Shown piece by piece: positions 19,362 to 27,957 of a DNA stretch of 64,000 nucleotides (positions are counted from its first letter, which is position 1; each line of letters starts with the position of its first letter). The DNA is taken from IMG/VR virus record IMGVR_UViG_3300021961_000087. The stretch is one strand, 5' to 3'. The DNA is from an uncultured virus (IMG/VR IMGVR_UViG_3300021961_000087). Taxonomy: Duplodnaviria > Heunggongvirae > Uroviricota > Caudoviricetes > Crassvirales. The notes below the pieces were generated by a model. It worked only from the letters and a program-made list of their open reading frames with translations, did not search any database and was not told the DNA's origin. Made by a program: the position numbers and the translations under genes.

Positions 19362-19853
19362 TTACCAAAGTGCTTTAATAAGTGTTGCTGTTGTGCCACT
19401 ACCTGAAGCCTTAACTTTAAGTACTTGTACAGGTAACACTGTTCCTACAGGAACTGCAGTGAATGTTACCTCATCACCACCGATAGTTGTAACAGCTACG
19501 TTACCTGCGCCACCAACAAACAAGAAACATCCTTGATTGCCAATAGTTGTTTGAGAACTTGCTTGATAGATGGTATATGCTTTACCGCTTGCACCAAAGA
19601 TGTCAGCGTTTAGAACAATCACAGTAGCACTTGTTACAGATACTACAGTTGCAGCACTACCATCAGTTGTGTTGTACACAATGTCTCCGGTTTTTACACC
19701 TGCATTGATAAAGTTTCCTGCTGTGTCAACTAATTGGTTAGTAACAGCACTTGTATTTGTACCTGATTTAACAGTTGCAGGGAATGGAACGTTAGCGTTG
19801 TCCGTAGGGATAACAGCTAATGCTCTTGTAAATGTTGTTTTAAAAACTGACAT
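19362..19853 (-). CDS. Putative virion structural/decoration protein
   Basis: T/V/G/A-rich beta protein; internal domain shared with 57753..58691. Confidence 0.6.
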   Translation of the reverse strand: MSVFKTTFTRALAVIPTDNANVPFPATVKSGTNTSAVTNQLVDTAGNFINAGVKTGDIVYNTTDGSAATVVSVTSATVIVLNADIFGASGKAYTIYQASSQTTIGNQGCFLFVGGAGNVAVTTIGGDEVTFTAVPVGTVLPVQVLKVKASGSGTTATLIKALW

Positions 19854-19858
19854 ATTTT

Positions 19859-20038
19859 TTATTTTTTATCTTGATAAGGAAATGCTCTGTTTAAAGCGTC
19901 TCTGCGTTCTTTGCATCCACAATCTTTGCCTGTTGCTTTCGCTACAGTATCTACGACTTTCTTAATGCCGGTAGCTGTTGTGATTTTTTCAATAGTGTCG
20001 CCAAGACCTTTGCTTTTGTTTTGTTGTTGTTGTGGCAT
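19859..20038 (-). CDS. Small protein (59 aa) with GLGDT..DCGC..R..LN motif
   Basis: Manually translated MPQQQQNKSKGLGDTIEKITTATGIKKVVDTVAKATGKDCGCKERRDALNRAFPYQDKK. Confidence 0.7.
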   Translation of the reverse strand: MPQQQQNKSKGLGDTIEKITTATGIKKVVDTVAKATGKDCGCKERRDALNRAFPYQDKK

Positions 20039-20049
20039 TTGATTGGATT

Positions 20050-20388
20050 TTAAATATTTGAAACTCTTCTACCCATACCAACTCTTGACTTCTCAGCTTT
20101 CTTAGCGGCAAGTTTAGAAGGACTTATTTCCGACTTTGTTGTTGGTGTCTTTGAAGACACTCTCTTTGTTGGTCTGCAATATTCATTGCTACCACCTGCA
20201 CCACAGGCTTTACCTGTCTTTGTATCCTGCCACTTTTCTTTCTCCCACCTTTTCAAATTACTACCTGCCTCAGTCTTTCGCACGCTGCCGGAACTCTTTC
20301 GACATTTAGCAATGGCTTGAGAAGCCCTTGCCGATGGAAAGACATCGTAGCTTGCTTTGACTTTTTTATAACAGGCATCCTTTGGCAT
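20050..20388 (-). CDS. Basic Cys-containing hypothetical protein
   Basis: K/R-rich; 'LKRWEKEKW..CG..YCRP' motif. Confidence 0.7.
   Translation of the reverse strand: MPKDACYKKVKASYDVFPSARASQAIAKCRKSSGSVRKTEAGSNLKRWEKEKWQDTKTGKACGAGGSNEYCRPTKRVSSKTPTTKSEISPSKLAAKKAEKSRVGMGRRVSNI
20145..20160. repeat. 16-bp near-palindrome, copy 2 (inside 20050..20388)
   Basis: Exact match. Confidence 0.9.
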
Positions 20389-20389
20389 A

Positions 20390-20515
20390 TTATTTCTTTT
20401 TAATAGAAATAGAATTTTTCTTTGTCTTGCCTACATTACCTTTCAAAAACTTCATCGGTCCTTCCAATGACTTCTTTGATTCGTACTTTGCAGCTTTTTT
20501 AATTACTTGTTTCAT
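20390..20515 (-). CDS. Small Lys-rich protein (41 aa)
   Basis: Manually translated MKQVIKKAAKYESKKSLEGPMKFLKGNVGKTKKNSISIKKK; fills the gap. Confidence 0.55.
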   Translation of the reverse strand: MKQVIKKAAKYESKKSLEGPMKFLKGNVGKTKKNSISIKKK

Positions 20516-20516
20516 C

Positions 20517-20735
20517 TTAATAAGATTTACCTACAGATACACGCTTACCGTTTATTTTCTCTACAGATTTGTAGCCACGCTTGCTTTCAACTTCTTTAGC
20601 GACTCTTTTGTTACCACTTTCGTCAACAGATGTTCTTTTATAAACTTTTCTGTTTGGAGTTTCTTTTACTGAAACATTACTTGAAAATGAAGCATACGCT
20701 TCAGGAGTTGGTGCTAATGGATAATCTCTGTTCAT
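20517..20735 (-). CDS. Small basic hypothetical protein
   Basis: Start taken at MNRDYPLAPTP to avoid nesting with 20740..21030. Confidence 0.6.
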   Translation of the reverse strand: MNRDYPLAPTPEAYASFSSNVSVKETPNRKVYKRTSVDESGNKRVAKEVESKRGYKSVEKINGKRVSVGKSY

Positions 20736-20739
20736 AATT

Positions 20740-21030
20740 TTAATATTTACCTCTTCGACCTTTTGGATTACTTGTTGTTGAACCACCGGGACCTGCCCAT
20801 AAATTCTTACAAGCCCAATATCTTGGAGTAAGTTTATCAGTTGCTGTGTCACAGCTATGTCTTGCTTTGAAACTTTTACGTGCAGCAGCACTATAATTGT
20901 TGCCATAGCCTTTTGCTCCGAAGTGAAGGAGTTTTTCCTCCCCTCCGGAACAGGCTTTAACCATCTTCTTTTTCCCCGGTCTATCCGAAGCAGTAGGACG
21001 GTTACATTGCATCTTTGACTTGTCTGCCAT
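20740..21030 (-). CDS. Basic hypothetical protein
   Basis: 'HFG..GY...RKSFKARHSC...PRYWACK.LW', a motif I recall from viral small proteins. Confidence 0.7.
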   Translation of the reverse strand: MADKSKMQCNRPTASDRPGKKKMVKACSGGEEKLLHFGAKGYGNNYSAAARKSFKARHSCDTATDKLTPRYWACKNLWAGPGGSTTSNPKGRRGKY

Positions 21031-21042
21031 AACTTAAAGTTT

Positions 21043-21219
21043 CTAACTTCTGAAGTCACGTCTTGTGTGACCCGGAGTTTCTACAATATCTTTTTTCTTT
21101 AATTCAGGAACTGCATATGCATCTTTAGGAGCAACAGCTTTCTTTACTTCAGCAGCTACTTCTTCAGATACCACAACATCGTCTTGAATTACTTCATCAA
21201 TTAATTTTGACTTTGCCAT
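21043..21219 (-). CDS. Small hypothetical protein (58 aa)
   Basis: Manually translated MAKSKLIDEVIQDD...PGHTRRDFRS. Confidence 0.6.
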   Translation of the reverse strand: MAKSKLIDEVIQDDVVVSEEVAAEVKKAVAPKDAYAVPELKKKDIVETPGHTRRDFRS

Positions 21220-21225
21220 TGTTTT

Positions 21226-21411
21226 TTATTTTGCTTTTTTAACTAATTTCTTAGCTACACCTGCAGCTTTAACAGCAACCTTAGCACCTTTAGAAGGTAC
21301 ACCACCTGCCATTGCTAATGCTTTTCCTTTTAATGCATTCTTGATAGAAGGTCCACCGCCTGAAGGGTTTTTCATTCTTGATGATGCCGGTAAGTTTGGA
21401 GTTGATTTCAT
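21226..21411 (-). CDS. Small Lys/Ala-rich protein
   Basis: 61 aa, histone-H1-like composition. Confidence 0.6.
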   Translation of the reverse strand: MKSTPNLPASSRMKNPSGGGPSIKNALKGKALAMAGGVPSKGAKVAVKAAGVAKKLVKKAK

Positions 21412-21430
21412 CTTTTTGTTTTTTAATTTT

Positions 21431-21652
21431 TTATTTAAATTGGTTTCCTAAAGAACTATTTAATGTTTGTAATCCTGATATTCTGCTTGCAGCAGATACA
21501 CGTCTTTGTCTGTTTCTACCCATTCTTTCTTTTAACTTTTCTTTACCTTCTTGGATAGCTTTTATCTTTCTTGCTTGCTCGTTTTTAAAAGTAATGGCGT
21601 CCAACTGTTGTTGGAGACTTGGTTTCTTTACTTCTTCTTTTTCCTTTGCCAT
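21431..21652 (-). CDS. Small basic helical protein
   Basis: Start taken at MAKEKEE, downstream of a promoter box. Confidence 0.65.
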   Translation of the reverse strand: MAKEKEEVKKPSLQQQLDAITFKNEQARKIKAIQEGKEKLKERMGRNRQRRVSAASRISGLQTLNSSLGNQFK

Positions 21653-21663
21653 AATAAAATTAT

Positions 21664-21684
21664 TAACTTTGCCATACAAATGTA
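21664..21684. promoter_or_regulatory. Overlapping face-to-face TAnnTTTG promoter boxes
   Basis: TAACTTTG (+, 21664-21671) and TACATTTG (-, 21684-21677) in a 47-bp divergent gap. Confidence 0.6.
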
Positions 21685-21699
21685 ATAAAATTAAATCAA

Positions 21700-22161
21700 A
21701 TGAAAACACCACCCAACGACTACCTAAAATTTTGGCGAGTCATCCGGTATTATATGAAGGCAAAGCATAATCTGAGCCAAGCCGACCTCGACATAATCCT
21801 GTTCCTGTACTCAGAAGGATACTTCGGTCAGAAGGACTTTGACAAATTTGCCGAGCTCGTAAGTTGGGAAGTTGGTAGGTTTAGACGTTTACAGAAAGAT
21901 GGATGGATTATTCACTTTAGAAAAAGGCGTGGTAATAGCCGGGCACTATACCAACTAAGTGATAAGGCTAATCGTGTCGTACTCGACATCTACCGGAAAC
22001 TAAATGGGGAAGAGATTCCAACAAGTATGTCTGCAAACCCTATGTTTCTAAGAAATGTATCTTATAACGATAAGGTTTACAGAAATATGATTCTTGAAAT
22101 GAACGCCTACAATAAGACGCACAAATATAAAAAGCCTAAGGCTGAAGAGGTCGAAGACTAA
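21700..22161 (+). CDS. Winged-helix (MarR-like) DNA-binding protein, putative regulator
   Basis: 'LSQADLDIILFL...RLQKDGWI...RALYQLSDKA' wHTH pattern; only plausible + strand gene in the late region. Confidence 0.6.
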   Translation: MKTPPNDYLKFWRVIRYYMKAKHNLSQADLDIILFLYSEGYFGQKDFDKFAELVSWEVGRFRRLQKDGWIIHFRKRRGNSRALYQLSDKANRVVLDIYRKLNGEEIPTSMSANPMFLRNVSYNDKVYRNMILEMNAYNKTHKYKKPKAEEVED

Positions 22162-22415
22162 ATCACCACAACAACGTCACGCTCTGAGATGATGGTATAC
22201 TGCGCATCATCTATCAGCATTGTAAAGCTGTGCGCCTTGTCATAGTACAACTCATCACCCTCGTCAATTACTGACACGTCACTGCCGGGTGCTATAACCG
22301 TAGCACGCTTGTAGCGTAGCTGATTGGTATCCTCTCCTGACAATAACAAACCACTCTCGGTCGTTATTGTCTCTTGGATGTCTTTGACAACAATGTATTT
22401 TCCTATTGGTTTCAT
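22158..22415 (-). CDS. groES: Co-chaperonin GroES
   Basis: 'MKPIGKYIVVK..TESGLLL..VIAPG..EGD..ISERDV'. Confidence 0.85.
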   Translation of the reverse strand: MKPIGKYIVVKDIQETITTESGLLLSGEDTNQLRYKRATVIAPGSDVSVIDEGDELYYDKAHSFTMLIDDAQYTIISERDVVVVI

Positions 22416-22422
22416 TTTCTTA

Positions 22423-24036
22423 TTATTGCTGCTCATATGTACGAGCCATTGTGATAATTGCATTTGTACTTAGAATAGTTACAGCTACGCTTACTGCGTT
22501 CTGAAGTGCACTGCGTGTAACCTTCAATGGGTCAATAACACCCATCTCAACTAAGTCACCCATTTGTCCTGTCTTCAGGTTGTATCCGTGACCAACCGGA
22601 GTGCTATCCTTGTAGACATCACTTGGTTTAAGACCTGCGTTAGCCAATATCTGTTGGAATGGAGCCATAAGTGCATTGCGAACAATTGAAGCTGCTGCCT
22701 CATACTCACGACTTGTACCCAACATCTCTATCTCAGCACTCTCATCAAGTAATGCTTTGCCCGCACCCGGTAGTATCCCTTCCTCAAGAGCAGACCTTAC
22801 TGCACACACTGCGTCATCAACTCTATCATATAACTCTTTCTGCTCAAGGTCAGTCTGACCACCAACGAATATCACACCTATGCCACCTGTAAGTGAGGCA
22901 ATACGCTCAAGCAAGAAGTCTTTGTCAGCTTTCTTAGTTGCTTCTTTGTGTGCGTCCCATAGCTGACGAACACGTTCGTCTACCAATTTCTCATCTGACT
23001 TAGCTGCACTGCGAATAATGACAGTCTTGTCTTTGCTCACAATCACCTTACTTGCGTGACCTAAGTCTCCGTAGTTGATATGGCTTAAGTCATCACCTGT
23101 CTTCTCACTGTAGTAAGTAGCACCTACACTAATCGCAATGTCTTGCATCAACTCGTGCTGCTTATATCCAAAGTTTGGCGGAGGCACAGCCACCACTTTC
23201 AAATTACCCTTAACTGAGTTCGCTGCAAGTGTGTTCACCACATTGGTATTACACGGAGAGATAATCAACAACTTCTTGCCTTCTGAAATGATTGGTTTCA
23301 ATACGTTCTCAATCTGTAAGATGTTTGCTATCTCCATATCACACACCAACACCATCACATCCTCAAATACGCACTCATCCTTTTTGGCGTCATTGATAAA
23401 CATCGGGCTCAAATACCCTCTGTCAAACTTTAACCCTTTAGTTGTCTCTGCATACGTCTCATTAGTTTGGCTTCTCTCCACGGTCACAATACCGGTCTTG
23501 CCCACGTCCTTATACACCTCAGCAATAATGCGACCAATCTCTCTGTCGTTGTTAGCTGAGATTGATGCCACGTCTAATAGCATACTACTGCTAACCTTTT
23601 TGGCTTTGCGTCTTAACTTGTCCACCACCTTGTTACTAATGTCCACCATATGTCTTAGCACCTCAGTCCTGTTCATATCATCTTTGATATGCTCAAGTCC
23701 TCCAAGTACTAACCCCTCTGTCAACACAATCGCTGTAGTCGTACCATCACCGGCTGAGGTAGCTGTCTTGTCTGCTGCCTCCTTCATCATCTTAACCGCA
23801 AGGTTCTCACTTGGGTCAATGAGGTCAATTGACTTAGCAACTGTTACACCATCCTTAGTAACTGTGATACCGTGTGTGTGATGCGGACTCTCAATGAGTA
23901 CAGTGTTACCACTTGGTCCGAGTGTTGACTTAACAGCCTTGGACATCTTAACGACACCACTGATAAGTTTCTTTCTGCCGTCACTTCCGAACTGCAAATC
24001 CTTGGGTGAGTACCCAATTCCTGATGTTTCTACCAT
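22423..24036 (-). CDS. groEL: Chaperonin GroEL (phage-encoded)
   Basis: 'TLGP', 'VTKDGVTVAK', 'AGDGTTTA', 'FDRGYLSP', 'GVIDPLKVTRSALQNA'. Confidence 0.95.
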   Translation of the reverse strand: MVETSGIGYSPKDLQFGSDGRKKLISGVVKMSKAVKSTLGPSGNTVLIESPHHTHGITVTKDGVTVAKSIDLIDPSENLAVKMMKEAADKTATSAGDGTTTAIVLTEGLVLGGLEHIKDDMNRTEVLRHMVDISNKVVDKLRRKAKKVSSSMLLDVASISANNDREIGRIIAEVYKDVGKTGIVTVERSQTNETYAETTKGLKFDRGYLSPMFINDAKKDECVFEDVMVLVCDMEIANILQIENVLKPIISEGKKLLIISPCNTNVVNTLAANSVKGNLKVVAVPPPNFGYKQHELMQDIAISVGATYYSEKTGDDLSHINYGDLGHASKVIVSKDKTVIIRSAAKSDEKLVDERVRQLWDAHKEATKKADKDFLLERIASLTGGIGVIFVGGQTDLEQKELYDRVDDAVCAVRSALEEGILPGAGKALLDESAEIEMLGTSREYEAAASIVRNALMAPFQQILANAGLKPSDVYKDSTPVGHGYNLKTGQMGDLVEMGVIDPLKVTRSALQNAVSVAVTILSTNAIITMARTYEQQ

Positions 24037-24084
24037 TTGATTTGATTTATTTTGAATGAATATCACGCTATGCTTGACATTGTA

Positions 24085-24092
24085 CAAATATA
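24085..24092 (-). promoter_or_regulatory. -7 promoter box (TATATTTG) for groEL-groES
   Basis: TAnnTTTG about 50 nt upstream of the ATG. Confidence 0.55.
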
Positions 24093-24189
24093 GTCAACCT
24101 ATGGTATATTAAGTACTATTTTTAAAATAAATTTATACCATAAGGTATGAATCACCCGTTAGGGTGTGGGGGATTACACTGCAAATGTT

Positions 24190-24515
24190 ATGGTTAATGT
24201 CGGTTTTTTGCAGCGTAATGTCGATTTCTGACGATAATATGTCGGTATTTAAAAAGTTAACATTGGCTGAAACGCAATGTGGTAAAGGATTTCACTATGC
24301 TTTGGCATAGTAAATGTCTGAAATGCAGAATTTTTTCCCCTACTTCTCTATATATATTTCCCTCCTTTTATTATTTTTTTCCCATATTATTTTCTCTTAA
24401 AAATCGACATTTTCGACATTAAAGAAATAAAGTATTAATAATCAATAAATTAAAAAAATAAAATCGACATAAAATCGACATAAAATCAAGACAAAAATGT
24501 CGAATTTGACATTGA
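24190..24515. repeat. Origin-like locus 1: ATGTCG/CGACAT iterons flanking a pyrimidine/AT-rich tract
   Basis: ATGTCG at 24197, 24218, 24239, 24497; CGACAT at 24405, 24414, 24465, 24476; non-coding. Confidence 0.6.
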
Positions 24516-24523
24516 TAGGTACA

Positions 24524-24553
24524 AAATAAAAGAGAGCTCAAGATTGAGCCCTC
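24524..24553 (-). terminator. Intrinsic terminator
   Basis: GAGGGCTCA-ATCT-TGAGCTCTC hairpin followed by TTTTATTTT on the minus strand. Confidence 0.65.
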
Positions 24554-24580
24554 CTTATTTACTATAACCATTAACCTTCT

Positions 24581-24838
24581 TTAGTCCATCTCAGGACCTT
24601 CCATCATCTCTGCTTTGATGTTACCCAAGTAAACAGCCTCAGACATCATCTGAACCTTCTCTGCCTTCTTGATAACCTTTTTAACCTCAGCAGCCTGTTG
24701 GATGCCGGTCTGACCATCAGGACGATTGTTAATCAACATACCACCATTCACAGTCAAACCGAAGTTTGCACCGCTCTGTTGGTATATGCTGTTCGACAAG
24801 TCTTTCTTGTAAACAGAATTTCCAAATTTTAGTTTCAT
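24581..24838 (-). CDS. Hypothetical protein
   Basis: 85-aa ORF followed by a terminator. Confidence 0.65.
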   Translation of the reverse strand: MKLKFGNSVYKKDLSNSIYQQSGANFGLTVNGGMLINNRPDGQTGIQQAAEVKKVIKKAEKVQMMSEAVYLGNIKAEMMEGPEMD

Positions 24839-25393
24839 AATAATTGTTTTAAAACGAATGCGAAATATTTCAGGGTAAAGATAATTAATTTTTAGATACT
24901 CGTAGTGTTGGGGCTATATAGCGGTTTGGCGAGCCGGCTCGCGAAACGAAAGTCAAATTTTTTTTAAGGGGTGGGGGTCGGTTTTGGTTTGCCCTTGTCG
25001 GTTTTTTTGGCTTTTCCTATGGCTAGCCGTAGCGCCTGCACCTGACCGCCTGAAGCGTACCACCCCACCGCCTGCACCACCTGACGAACCGCCCGAGCGT
25101 AGCGCGTACGCTCACGCGCTGCGCCCTTCCCCGTCCTTCGCAACCTGAACCCCTTTAGTTTTCTTTTTGTCTACCTAGAAAGACAAAGGAGCCAACCCCC
25201 CGCCCGTGTTCTGCCTGCCTAAACTTTCCGCGCTACTCACCGCCAAAAACTTTTGGCGCGTGTTAATGATTTGTTAAAGCCTAAAAAATAATTAAAATAA
25301 ATTTGTTTTGTACTAGAATTGTACATATATTGCACAAGAATTGAACGGGGTAAAATAGCCCTAATTTACTAAATCATTGAAAATCAATTAGTT

Positions 25394-25657
25394 ATGAACT
25401 ATCAAGAATTTAACGTTACCCATTGGCTTCCTACACTGCCTGAGTTGGTGGAGATGTACAACCAAAGACGCGGGAAAAGTTCAAAGACCCGTTTTATTAA
25501 CGAGTGCTTGAAAGAATACAACGAAACGCGCCAAGACCTAGTTAACGCCCTAGCGACTAGCCCCGTTGGAATGCTTCACGGAGCGACACACACGAGCCGC
25601 GACCTTATCAAACTAGACCAACACATTAATAATATTTTAATTTTAAAACACCTTTAA
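25394..25657 (+). CDS. Early hypothetical protein
   Basis: First ORF of the + strand cluster. Confidence 0.6.
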   Translation: MNYQEFNVTHWLPTLPELVEMYNQRRGKSSKTRFINECLKEYNETRQDLVNALATSPVGMLHGATHTSRDLIKLDQHINNILILKHL

Positions 25658-25659
25658 AA

Positions 25660-25794
25660 ATGAAAAAGTACACCTTTAAAATCGGGGTTAAAGTGTTAGA
25701 GTTAAACTCTACGAGTATTGAGGCGGCATATGATACCGCCCGAAAGATAAAAGACCAATTTAATTGGAAAGGTCAAATATTACTAATCAACTAA
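25660..25794 (+). CDS. Small early protein (44 aa)
   Basis: Manually translated MKKYTFKIGVK...ILLIN; A-rich leader. Confidence 0.5.
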   Translation: MKKYTFKIGVKVLELNSTSIEAAYDTARKIKDQFNWKGQILLIN

Positions 25795-25805
25795 AAATTA
25801 AAAAA

Positions 25806-25910
25806 ATGGGACAATTTATAAGCCTTTTTGAACTTATCGCGGTGGCGTCTTTGTGCGTTATCCTTTACGTATTAGCTAAAACTATTTACCAAACTTTAAA
25901 AAATAAATAA
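25806..25910 (+). CDS. Small single-TM early protein (34 aa)
   Basis: MGQFISLFELIAVASLCVILYVLAKTIYQTLKNK. Confidence 0.5.
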   Translation: MGQFISLFELIAVASLCVILYVLAKTIYQTLKNK

Positions 25911-25911
25911 A

Positions 25912-26139
25912 ATGTTTACGAGAATCAGCAACAACACAAACGGGAATCCTCGCTACGTTATCCACTACCTGCAACTAGCGAACGACTACACGCGCGCAAT
26001 ATTCTTAGCCAAGAAATTAGGCGGGCGCAAATTTCACAATAAGCAATACGGGGGCGGGATAGTGTTTGAATCTTACAACACTGACGACCTAAAGGAAAGA
26101 ATTTACAAACTAAAACAGGAAGAATATGAAGCCCAATAA
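25912..26139 (+). CDS. Early hypothetical protein
   Basis: 75-aa ORF, 'NGNPRYV' motif. Confidence 0.65.
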   Translation: MFTRISNNTNGNPRYVIHYLQLANDYTRAIFLAKKLGGRKFHNKQYGGGIVFESYNTDDLKERIYKLKQEEYEAQ

Positions 26140-26314
26140 AATAACATTAGACCACGGCGGGACGTACAAGAACGAAACAACGGAGCCGCTTTTTTATGTG
26201 GTTGAATGGCTGAACGCCTTCGGACTTTACCAAGTCAAGACCGAGCAACTCAACCCGAGCGAATCAATAACAAAGACCAACCCGAGTAATAAAATAACAA
26301 TTTACACGCGATGA
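26126..26314 (+). CDS. Early hypothetical protein
   Basis: 62-aa coupled ORF. Confidence 0.5.
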   Translation: MKPNKITLDHGGTYKNETTEPLFYVVEWLNAFGLYQVKTEQLNPSESITKTNPSNKITIYTR

Positions 26315-26595
26315 AATACCCACAAACACAATACAACGAACTCAAAAGCGCCCTAGTGATTTTAAAAAATCATTACGACCTAGACAAAGAAACTGCAACG
26401 GCTTACGCGCCAACGCTTTATTTTAAAATCTTTCAGCAAAAGACGTACCAAGACCAAAACGCAAACGTAGTAAGAAACGCGGACGGCTCGCGCCTGATGA
26501 AGTTAAACGAAGCGTTTAAATTGTATCCTGACGGGTGCAACGAATCCCACGTAAACACGGCAATGAAAAACGCCATAAAAGAAATATTCAACTAA
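26311..26595 (+). CDS. Early hypothetical protein
   Basis: 94 aa, ATGA overlap with the upstream ORF. Confidence 0.65.
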   Translation: MKYPQTQYNELKSALVILKNHYDLDKETATAYAPTLYFKIFQQKTYQDQNANVVRNADGSRLMKLNEAFKLYPDGCNESHVNTAMKNAIKEIFN

Positions 26596-26609
26596 TAAAA
26601 TCAAATCAA

Positions 26610-27176
26610 ATGAAACTAACAATTGAACAAAAAGAAGCCAACAAAGTAGCAAGACAAGAAGCCCGCAAAGAAGCTAAGCGCGTGGCAAAGATTGAAGCGG
26701 AGCGCAACCAAAAGCCCGTTAAAAGCATTGAATTTAGCATTGAGTGGAAAAAGTCGAGAACGTGGGGCAATTGCCCCCGTTTAGACGCCTTTATAATTTA
26801 CCAAGACGGCACGACTAACCGCGTAAGCTCGTACGCTTCAGGTTATGGCTACGACAAAGAAAGTACAGTAATTGCGGACGTGTTCAACGTGGCGTTAAAA
26901 TACAAAATCTACCAACTAGCCGAGGGCGTGGAGTTGCCGTACGGGATACGAAACGACTACTATAAAGGCTTTTCAGGTGGTATCGGGGTAAATTGTTACT
27001 ACGACATTGCCAAGGCAATAGGCGGAGAATTTAAGAGAGTAGCAACCGGAAAAACCTTTGACGCCTACACATATACGGACAACGAAGAAGAAGAAAAAAA
27101 ACAAGCTGATAAAGATTATAATTCAGCATTGGAGCAAGATTTTCAAAGATATGAAGCCCTACACGAACGCGGTTAG
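26610..27176 (+). CDS. Early hypothetical protein
   Basis: Start MKLTIEQ after AAATCAAATCAA; 'ASGYGYDKES' motif. Confidence 0.7.
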   Translation: MKLTIEQKEANKVARQEARKEAKRVAKIEAERNQKPVKSIEFSIEWKKSRTWGNCPRLDAFIIYQDGTTNRVSSYASGYGYDKESTVIADVFNVALKYKIYQLAEGVELPYGIRNDYYKGFSGGIGVNCYYDIAKAIGGEFKRVATGKTFDAYTYTDNEEEEKKQADKDYNSALEQDFQRYEALHERG

Positions 27177-27187
27177 TTAGTAAATAG

Positions 27188-27240
27188 GCTACCCCTTGAA
27201 CGCTTCGGGCGTTACTTAGAGCGATACTGACAAGGGGGCA
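27188..27240 (+). ncRNA. Structured intergenic RNA element (three-way junction, mini-tRNA-like)
   Basis: Stem CCCCTTG/CAAGGGG enclosing hairpins AACGC-TTCGG-GCGTT and TTAG-AGCGATA-CTGA. Confidence 0.5.
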
Positions 27241-27268
27241 AATTTTTTTAAATCAAAATCAAATAAAA

Positions 27269-27595
27269 ATGATACAAACAACTAAAGGCGGTTTGCCGTC
27301 AGTAATTACCTCGATTAGCAACGCTATTGCAACGCTCGAGGGTGCAAAAGTTAAAAAGTTTTACCGCGTATATGACACGCAAACAGGTTGCTATTTTGCA
27401 ACAGGTTACAATGCTACGAGTATTAAAGAAGTGGTTGAAGGCTTCGCCTCGTACATACTAATGACCAACGAGGTAGAAGACAACGAAGACAACAAAGACG
27501 GGTTTTTGTCTAGTTGGGAAGGAATAGCCGACTATATGCAAGGCGTTGAACTAGAAAGTAGTGAAAATAAATTTGAAGAATTAGATAATTTTTAA
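27269..27595 (+). CDS. Early hypothetical acidic protein
   Basis: 108-aa ORF. Confidence 0.65.
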   Translation: MIQTTKGGLPSVITSISNAIATLEGAKVKKFYRVYDTQTGCYFATGYNATSIKEVVEGFASYILMTNEVEDNEDNKDGFLSSWEGIADYMQGVELESSENKFEELDNF

Positions 27596-27605
27596 ACCAA
27601 ATAAA

Positions 27606-27956
27606 ATGAAGCAAATTTTAAGAAAACGAAACAAGTTGGTGCAAATGGCTATCAACTTAAAAGGCGAGGAACTTAAAGCGGTTGAGTTCTCAATTAAATT
27701 AATTGATTTTATGCTCGATGTGGCAAACGCAGACGCAGACCAAGACGGGCGCAAATACATTTGTATAAATTACGATGTACTTTATTTGGACGAGTTAGAA
27801 CATTATTTTATAGATTCAAATCCTTTCGTGTATGCAATAGACGAGAATGGTAAGGCGCTCGATGAAGACTTGAACGAATATAGGAACGAGAACGGGGAGT
27901 GCTTATACATACCAAGTGAAAAATGGGAAAATTTTAAACAAATAAAATTTAATTAA
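27606..27956 (+). CDS. Early hypothetical protein
   Basis: 116-aa ORF. Confidence 0.65.
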   Translation: MKQILRKRNKLVQMAINLKGEELKAVEFSIKLIDFMLDVANADADQDGRKYICINYDVLYLDELEHYFIDSNPFVYAIDENGKALDEDLNEYRNENGECLYIPSEKWENFKQIKFN

Positions 27957-27957
27957 A

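Noticed and set aside
20736..21059. N-terminal extension of the 180-aa ORF 20517..21059
   Set aside because: It fully overlaps 20740..21030 in another frame; the ATG at 20735 fits better
919..23881. Many + strand ORFs antisense to terL, the fibre and groEL (e.g. 1475..2053, 23138..23881)
   Set aside because: They are shadow frames of well-supported minus-strand genes and have no recognisable motifs
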